Shown here piece by piece: positions 58,406 to 64,000 of a DNA stretch of 64,000 bases (the stretch's first letter is position 1; each line of letters begins with the position of its first letter). Position numbers and translations under genes: made by a program. Source of the stretch: Candidatus Binatus sp. (GTDB taxonomy: Bacteria > Desulfobacterota > Binatia > Binatales > Binataceae); assembly GCF_049584895.1 (NCBI RefSeq), contig NZ_JBAUYR010000036.1, forward strand, positions 122,191 through 186,190, read 5' to 3'. Below the pieces are notes generated by a model. The model saw nothing but the letters and a program-made list of their open reading frames with translations. It did not search any database and was not told the origin of the DNA.

Positions 58406-59097
58406 TGGCCGATCGCACGAAAATTTCCGTCGTGATTCCCGTTTACAACGAGGCCGCGACCATCGGCCGCGTGATCGAGCGTGTGCTCGATTGCGGCTTC
58501 GATCCCGAAGTCATCGTCGTCGACGACGCTTCAACCGACGGCACTTCGAACTTTCTGCGCGAGTTCACCCATCCGCAGGTTCGATGCTTTTTTCACAGCG
58601 TCAATCGCGGCAAGGGCGCTGCGCTCCGCCTTGGCTTCGCGGCTGCGAAAAATCCCTACGTGTTCGTGCAGGACGCCGACCTCGAATACGATCCGCGCGA
58701 CTATGCCGCGATGATCGGCCCGATGCTCGACGGCCGCGCCGACATGGTTTACGGCTCGCGCTTTCTATCCGGCCCGCATCGCGTCATGTTCTTCTGGCAT
58801 TACGTGGCGAATCGCGCGGTGACCTTACTCTCCGACATGATTAGCGATCTCAACTTGACGGACATGGAAACCGGCATGAAGGGTTTCGTGCGCGAGAAGT
58901 TGATGACGCTGAAGTTGAACGCGAACCGCTTCACCTTCGAGCCCGAGATCACCGCCAAAGCCGCGCGCGCGCGATGGCGAATCTACGAAGTGCCGGTGTC
59001 GTACTCGGGCCGCACCTACGAAGAGGGCAAAAAAATCGGCATTCGCGACGCGCTGACAGCCGTGTGCGCAATCCTGTATTACAGATTTTTCGATTGA
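58405..59097 (+). CDS. glycosyltransferase family 2
   Basis: 'ISVVIPVYNE', 'VVDDASTDGT', 'QDADLEYDP'. TGATG overlap with the upstream gene. Confidence 0.85.
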   Translation: MADRTKISVVIPVYNEAATIGRVIERVLDCGFDPEVIVVDDASTDGTSNFLREFTHPQVRCFFHSVNRGKGAALRLGFAAAKNPYVFVQDADLEYDPRDYAAMIGPMLDGRADMVYGSRFLSGPHRVMFFWHYVANRAVTLLSDMISDLNLTDMETGMKGFVREKLMTLKLNANRFTFEPEITAKAARARWRIYEVPVSYSGRTYEEGKKIGIRDALTAVCAILYYRFFD

Positions 59098-60302
59098 TGC
59101 GCTCCGACCGCAATATGACGCAGACCGTTCGAGACTACGACGACCCAATCCAAGTGCCTACCGAACACAACCCGAATGAAGTCCCCAAGCTGAGCATCGT
59201 CGGCGTCGATCCCGAGCTCGGCTTGGCCGGTGGCGAAACGCAGGTGCTCGGACTTACGATTGCGCTGGCCGGCGCCGGTCATCGAGCGGAACTGATCTGC
59301 GATCCCGCGGGACGGCTCTGGGAGCGGGCGATCGCGGCGGGAATAAAATGTCATCCGCTGCACATCCGCAACGCGATCGACCTTGCGGCCGGCGTCAAGC
59401 TGCGCGCGATTCTCAAACGCGAACGCTATGACGTCGTCCACTTTCACACTTCGCGCGCGCATTCGATGGCGCCGTTGGCGCGCAGTTTCGGCAGCACTTT
59501 GATCGTGACGCGCCGGATGGACTACCGCCCCAATCGCGTGTTCGCGCCGTTCCTGTTCAATCGCGCGGTCGATGGCGTGATTGCGATCTCCGGCGGCGTT
59601 GCCGACTCGCTCGCGGCCGCGGGCGTCGACCGTCAGCGGATTACAGTCGTTCACAGCGGCGTCGATTGCGACCGCTTCGGTCCGCCGACTGGCGAGGAGC
59701 GTGCCGATGCGCGCCGCGCGCTCGGAATTTCAGATGGTGAAGTTTTGATCTCATCCGTCGGCGCGCTCGAGCAGCGCAAGGGCCACCGCTATCTTATCGA
59801 AGCGATCGGCGCGCTCGCGGCACGCGGGAAGTTCAAGTGTCTGATCGCTGGTCAGGGTTCGATTCATAAAATACTGCAAGGCGAGATCGCTGTCATCCGA
59901 AGTCTCGATCGGATCAAGCTACTCGGCAGAGTCGATGATCCCCGAGAACTTTTGTGGGCGTCGGACATTTTTGCGATGCCTTCCCTGAAAGAGGGTCTCG
60001 GCGTGGCCGCTCTGGAAGCCATGGCGAGCGCGCTGCCGGTGATCGCGAGCGACGTTGGCGGTCTGCGCGAAGCGGTGGAAGATGGTCGTACGGGGATCAT
60101 CGTGCCGCCGGCCAATGCTTCGGCAATCACGTCGGCGATTGTACGACTGACGGAATCGGCTGAATTGAGATTGCAGATGGGAGCGGCGGCTCGCGCGCGC
60201 GTCGTGGAAAATTACTCGATGAAAACGATGGCGGCGCGAACGCTCGCGCTCTATCGCGACTCTGTTAGAACAACGCGGGAACACAGGGGCGGAATCGCAT
60301 GA
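59097..60302 (+). CDS. glycosyltransferase family 4 (GT-B, group 1)
   Basis: 'EGLGVAALEAMASALPVIASDVGGLRE' E-x7-E region. TGATG overlap upstream, ATGA overlap downstream. Confidence 0.85.
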   Translation: MRSDRNMTQTVRDYDDPIQVPTEHNPNEVPKLSIVGVDPELGLAGGETQVLGLTIALAGAGHRAELICDPAGRLWERAIAAGIKCHPLHIRNAIDLAAGVKLRAILKRERYDVVHFHTSRAHSMAPLARSFGSTLIVTRRMDYRPNRVFAPFLFNRAVDGVIAISGGVADSLAAAGVDRQRITVVHSGVDCDRFGPPTGEERADARRALGISDGEVLISSVGALEQRKGHRYLIEAIGALAARGKFKCLIAGQGSIHKILQGEIAVIRSLDRIKLLGRVDDPRELLWASDIFAMPSLKEGLGVAALEAMASALPVIASDVGGLREAVEDGRTGIIVPPANASAITSAIVRLTESAELRLQMGAAARARVVENYSMKTMAARTLALYRDSVRTTREHRGGIA

Positions 60303-61174
60303 AAAGTATGACCGGGTTCGGCAGAGCTACCGCCGAGCATGATGGCGTTCGCGTGGTTGCCGAAGTGCGCGCGCTTAACCAGAGATTTTTCGAGCTCAAA
60401 CTCGCGGTGCCGCGTGGATGGGGCGAGCATGAGGCCGAGATTCGCAAAACCGTGCAGAGTGTCGTCTCGCGCGGACGTGTCGAAATTTTTATCAAGTCGG
60501 TCGCGTTGAAGGCTCCTCCGGTGCGGCTCGAGGTCAACGACCGGCTCGCTAATCTTTACGTCGCCGAACTGCGCCGCCTGGGCAAGCAGCTTCATCTCAA
60601 CGGTAATCCTGAAATTGCGTCGATTCTGAATCGGCCTGAAATTTTTCATGTGGTCGAGGAGGAGCAGGACTCGCGCGCCGCCTTCAGTCTTGGCCAGAAA
60701 GCATTGGAGCGCGCGTTGAAGGCGCTCGATGCGGAGCGCGTACGTGAGGGCCGCAGCCTGCACAATGATTTCGCGACCCGCATTCGCAATATCGAAGCGG
60801 CGGTGCCAAAGATCGAAAAGCTTGCCGAGCAGTCCCGCGCGGAGATCCTGGAAACCTTTCACAAGCGGATTCGCGAGCTGCTCGAGGATTTGCCGGTGAA
60901 CGAGAAACGCCTCTACGAGGAAGCGTCGTCGGCGTCGCAGCACGGCGATATCAGCGAAGAGATCACGCGCCTGCGCACCCATCTCGACGGCCTCAAGACC
61001 CTGCTCAAGCGCAAGGGACAGGTCGGGAAGTCGATTGAATTTCTGCTCCAGGAAATCAACCGCGAAGTAAATACCATGGGATCGAAATCGCAGAACGCGG
61101 CGTTATCTCAAGTAACGGTTGAAGTTAAGGCCGAGGCTGAAAAAATGCGCGAGCAGGTTCAGAACGTCGAGTAG
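60299..61174 (+). CDS. yicC: YicC/YloC-family stress-induced protein
   Basis: 'MKSMTGFGRA' canonical N-terminus. C-terminal DUF1732 'EFLLQEINREVNTMGSKS'. Confidence 0.85.
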   Translation: MKSMTGFGRATAEHDGVRVVAEVRALNQRFFELKLAVPRGWGEHEAEIRKTVQSVVSRGRVEIFIKSVALKAPPVRLEVNDRLANLYVAELRRLGKQLHLNGNPEIASILNRPEIFHVVEEEQDSRAAFSLGQKALERALKALDAERVREGRSLHNDFATRIRNIEAAVPKIEKLAEQSRAEILETFHKRIRELLEDLPVNEKRLYEEASSASQHGDISEEITRLRTHLDGLKTLLKRKGQVGKSIEFLLQEINREVNTMGSKSQNAALSQVTVEVKAEAEKMREQVQNVE

Positions 61175-61206
61175 GATATAGTACAAGCGCCCTTTGCTAC
61201 TGCTTA

Positions 61207-61848
61207 ATGGCTTCGATACCGTTGAAATCAGATGACCCTCAGCCGCCAAGGCGCGGTATAATTTTCATTCTCTCGGCGCCGTCGGGGGCGGGCAAGACCA
61301 CGATTTATCGCGAGGCACTCAAGGCGATCAGGAATCTGGAATTCTCGATATCTCTAACCACGCGCGCGCGCCGAAAAAACGAGGCCGACGGAATCGACTA
61401 CAGCTTCGTGAGCGAAGAAGAATTTAATCGCAGGCAATCGTCAGGCGAGCTCGCCGAGTGGGCCCGTGTCTTCGAATCATCGTACGGCACCCCGCGAGCG
61501 CCGCTCGACGCTGCGATAGCATCGGGCCATGACATCCTGCTCGACATCGACATCCAGGGCGCGCAACAGATTCGCGCAAAGTATCCGCGCGATGCGGTTT
61601 CGATCTTTGTCTTGCCTCCCACTCTCGAGGAACTCGCCGACCGATTGCGCGGCCGCGCCACCGAAGATGAGTCCAAAATTCAACATCGATTGCAAAAAGC
61701 GCGCGAAGAAGCCGAGGCATATCCCGAATACGACTACCTCATCGTCAACGCCGAGATTTCAAAATCAGTCGCGCAGCTTGAAACGATCGTAAACGCGGAG
61801 CGGCTCAAGGTCAGCCGCCTGCGCGAATTCGCGCCGTGGAAGAGCTAG
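61207..61848 (+). CDS. gmk: guanylate kinase
   Basis: P-loop 'SAPSGAGKTT', 'SLTTRARR', 'ILLDIDIQGA'. Confidence 0.9.
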   Translation: MASIPLKSDDPQPPRRGIIFILSAPSGAGKTTIYREALKAIRNLEFSISLTTRARRKNEADGIDYSFVSEEEFNRRQSSGELAEWARVFESSYGTPRAPLDAAIASGHDILLDIDIQGAQQIRAKYPRDAVSIFVLPPTLEELADRLRGRATEDESKIQHRLQKAREEAEAYPEYDYLIVNAEISKSVAQLETIVNAERLKVSRLREFAPWKS

Positions 61849-64000
61849 CGCAAACTACTACTCCCGACCAACTCACCGGCCTCATCGGCCGCGTGCAGAG
61901 CTACAATCCACAGGCCGACGTCGGCCTTATACGGCGCGCGTACGACTACTCAGCGCGGATGCATCTCGATCAGAAACGCGAATCGGGCGAGCCCTACGTC
62001 ACGCATCCGCTCAACGTCGCGATGATTATCGCGCAGCTCAAACTCGACGTGCCTTCCATCGTCACCGGCCTCCTGCACGACGTGGTCGAGGACACCAACG
62101 CGTCGCTCGCGCAGGTGCAGTCGGATTTCGGTCCCGAGGTCGCGCAGCTGGTCGACGGAGTGACCAAGGTCTCGAAGATCACGTTTCAGAGCCGCGAGGA
62201 AAAGCAGGCCGAGAATTTCCGCAAGATGATCATCGCGATGGCCAACGACATTCGCGTCGTGCTGATCAAGCTCGCCGACCGCCTGCACAATATGCGCACG
62301 CTCGATCATCTGTCCGCCGAACGGCAGCAGGAAATCGCGCGCGAGACGATGGAGATTTACGCGCCGATCGCACATCGCCTCGGCATTTATTGGCTCAAAT
62401 CGGAGCTCGAGGACCTCTCGTTCCGCTATCTGAATTCAAGCGCGTACCAGACCTTGAAGGCCTTCGTCGCCGAGAAACGCAAAGAGCGCGAAGAGTACAT
62501 CGCCAACGTCATCGAGATTTTGTCGCGTCGCATGTCAGACAGCGGCGTCACCGCCGAAGTCACCGGCCGGCCGAAACATTTTTTTTCGATCCACTCCAAG
62601 ATGCAGGAGCTGGGACTCAGCTTCGAAGAGATCTATGACCTCGTCGCGTTCCGCATCATCGTGGATACCGTGCGCGAATGTTACGAGGCACTCGGCGTCG
62701 TGCACGCGAACTGGAAGCCGGTCCCTGGCCGCTTCAAGGATTACATCGCGCTGCCCAAGGCCAACATGTATCAGTCGCTGCATACAACACTGATCGGGCC
62801 GCGCGGCCAGCGGATGGAAGTGCAGATTCGCACACGCGAGATGCACAAGGTCGCGGAGGAAGGAATCGCGGCGCACTGGAGTTACAAGGATGGCAGCGCG
62901 AAAGAGATCAAGGAAAAAGACACCGAGCGGTTCGCGTGGCTGCGGCGTCTGATCGAATGGCAGCAGAATCTCAAGGACCCGCAGGAATTCCTGTCGACCG
63001 TCAAGGATGATCTGTTTCCCGAGGAAGTTTTCGTCTTCACGCCCAAGGGCGACGTGTTCGATTTTCCGCTCGGCTCCACTGTCATCGACTTCGCGTACCG
63101 AATCCATTCGCAGGTCGGGAACCATCTCGCCGGCGCGCGCGTCAACGGCCGCATGGTGCCGCTGCGCTACCGCCTTCGCTCGGGCGACACGGTCGAGGTG
63201 CTGACCTCCGAAAAGCAGGTACCTGGCAAGGATTGGACCAATTACGCGGCGACCGCGCGCGCAAAATCGCGCATCCGCCAGTGGCTACGCAATCAACAAT
63301 CGGAGCGATCGCGCGACCTGGGAATATCGCTGATCGATCGCGAGCTCGAACCGGTCAAGTTGAGCGTCACTCAGCTCAGATCGAACAAGCGGCTGGACGG
63401 AGTGCTCGGAGAATTTTCCCAGCGCGACGTTGACAGCCTGCTCGCCGCCGTCGGCTACGGAATAATCACGCCGGCTCAATTGCTCGCGAAGCTGCTGACT
63501 CCCGACGAGCTAAAGATCTACCGCCCCGAGAAACCGCCGACTCCGCTCGGGCCCGCACAGCGGGAACGCGCCGCCAAGGAAGCGCGCAAATCCGCCAGCG
63601 GCGCGGTGGTGGTCTCCGGCGTCGGCGATATGCTGGTGCGGTTCGCCAAATGCTGCAACCCGCTCCCAGGCGAGGCGATCACCGGCTTCATCACCCGCGG
63701 CCGCGGCGTCACCGTGCACGTCGCCGGATGCTCGCATGCGCTGAACACCGATCCGCAGCGCCGCGTCCCGGTGGTGTGGAAAGATGGTGAGGAAGCGCCG
63801 CGCCCGATTCGGCTGGAAGTGTTATGCGCCGATCAGCCGGGTTTGCTGGCTGCGATGACCAAGGCGATCGCGTCCGCGGGCGTCAACATTTCAACCGCCG
63901 AAGTGAAAACTCACGGCGCCGACGGACGCGCGCTGGCGGTCTTCGAGGTGAGCGTGAGTAGCGCGCGTCAGTTGAACAACCTGATGAACTCGATCGGCTC
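61836..64000 (+). CDS. bifunctional (p)ppGpp synthetase/hydrolase RelA/SpoT family, 3' end truncated by window edge
   Basis: HD domain 'HPLNVAMII...LLHDVVEDT'. Synthetase 'RFKDYIALPKANMYQSLHTTLIGP'. TGS, and ACT at the end. GTG start at 61836 overlaps the gmk stop. Not in the ORF track because it runs off the window. Confidence 0.9.
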   Translation, partial: MEELAQTTTPDQLTGLIGRVQSYNPQADVGLIRRAYDYSARMHLDQKRESGEPYVTHPLNVAMIIAQLKLDVPSIVTGLLHDVVEDTNASLAQVQSDFGPEVAQLVDGVTKVSKITFQSREEKQAENFRKMIIAMANDIRVVLIKLADRLHNMRTLDHLSAERQQEIARETMEIYAPIAHRLGIYWLKSELEDLSFRYLNSSAYQTLKAFVAEKRKEREEYIANVIEILSRRMSDSGVTAEVTGRPKHFFSIHSKMQELGLSFEEIYDLVAFRIIVDTVRECYEALGVVHANWKPVPGRFKDYIALPKANMYQSLHTTLIGPRGQRMEVQIRTREMHKVAEEGIAAHWSYKDGSAKEIKEKDTERFAWLRRLIEWQQNLKDPQEFLSTVKDDLFPEEVFVFTPKGDVFDFPLGSTVIDFAYRIHSQVGNHLAGARVNGRMVPLRYRLRSGDTVEVLTSEKQVPGKDWTNYAATARAKSRIRQWLRNQQSERSRDLGISLIDRELEPVKLSVTQLRSNKRLDGVLGEFSQRDVDSLLAAVGYGIITPAQLLAKLLTPDELKIYRPEKPPTPLGPAQRERAAKEARKSASGAVVVSGVGDMLVRFAKCCNPLPGEAITGFITRGRGVTVHVAGCSHALNTDPQRRVPVVWKDGEEAPRPIRLEVLCADQPGLLAAMTKAIASAGVNISTAEVKTHGADGRALAVFEVSVSSARQLNNLMNSIG

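Overview
High-GC (about 65%) bacterial chromosomal segment with roughly 60 protein-coding genes on both strands. I found no rRNA, tRNA or CRISPR array, and no integrase, transposase or phage genes.

Recognisable content, in order along the window:
- The 3' end of mltG.
- A MoxR / DUF58 / BatA-N / VWA 'Bat-like' operon, headed by a low-complexity membrane protein.
- A NUDIX hydrolase.
- A 72-aa orphan protein with a strong Shine-Dalgarno site.
- An ATP-dependent DNA ligase at the tail of an operon (GT2-methyltransferase fusion, lipoprotein, alpha/beta hydrolase, ligase).
- A PBP5-type D,D-carboxypeptidase.
- A large zinc-ribbon/adenylate-cyclase/AAA/TPR signalling ATPase.
- DUF2461, several alpha/beta hydrolases, a TusA-like protein and a methyltransferase.
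- moaA, a TPR protein, DUF971, a flavin reductase and a GH88/GH105-like hydrolase.
- An isocitrate/isopropylmalate-family dehydrogenase.
- An epoxide-hydrolase-like enzyme, EthD and a FAD monooxygenase.
- An unknown two-gene membrane module whose second protein carries a Met/His-rich motif.
- A multi-PAS hybrid histidine kinase.
- A FecR-domain protein, a secreted protein and an HExxH metallopeptidase.
- An LssY_C-like protein.
- A RIO kinase and an LpxL-family acyltransferase.
- An aldo-keto reductase / TetR / SDR trio with atypical codon usage.
- An AmgK / MurU-like cell-wall recycling pair.
- An orphan nuoA-nuoC-nuoD cluster with no nuoB.
- A frameshifted membrane M28 peptidase.
- An LPS-core-like operon (GT9 heptosyltransferase, Kdo/WaaP-family kinase, GT2, GT4).
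- yicC, gmk and a 3'-truncated relA/spoT.

Beyond the genes, the most notable signals are non-coding or degenerate:
- A perfect 23-bp palindrome present twice, each time 50-65 nt upstream of an alpha/beta-hydrolase gene.
- An approximately 80-nt structured repeat present twice, one copy forming the ligase 5' leader with anti-SD/SD pairing.
- Perfect 22-bp CCCCTTCCC...GGGAAGGGG palindromes.
- A 77-bp MITE-like inverted-repeat element next to a relic of an alpha/beta-hydrolase 3' end.
- An orphan MazE-like antitoxin C-terminal fragment.
- A multicopper-oxidase C-terminal relic.
- Low-GC secreted-protein genes.

All calls come from reading the sequence and the ORF track. No database search was run.
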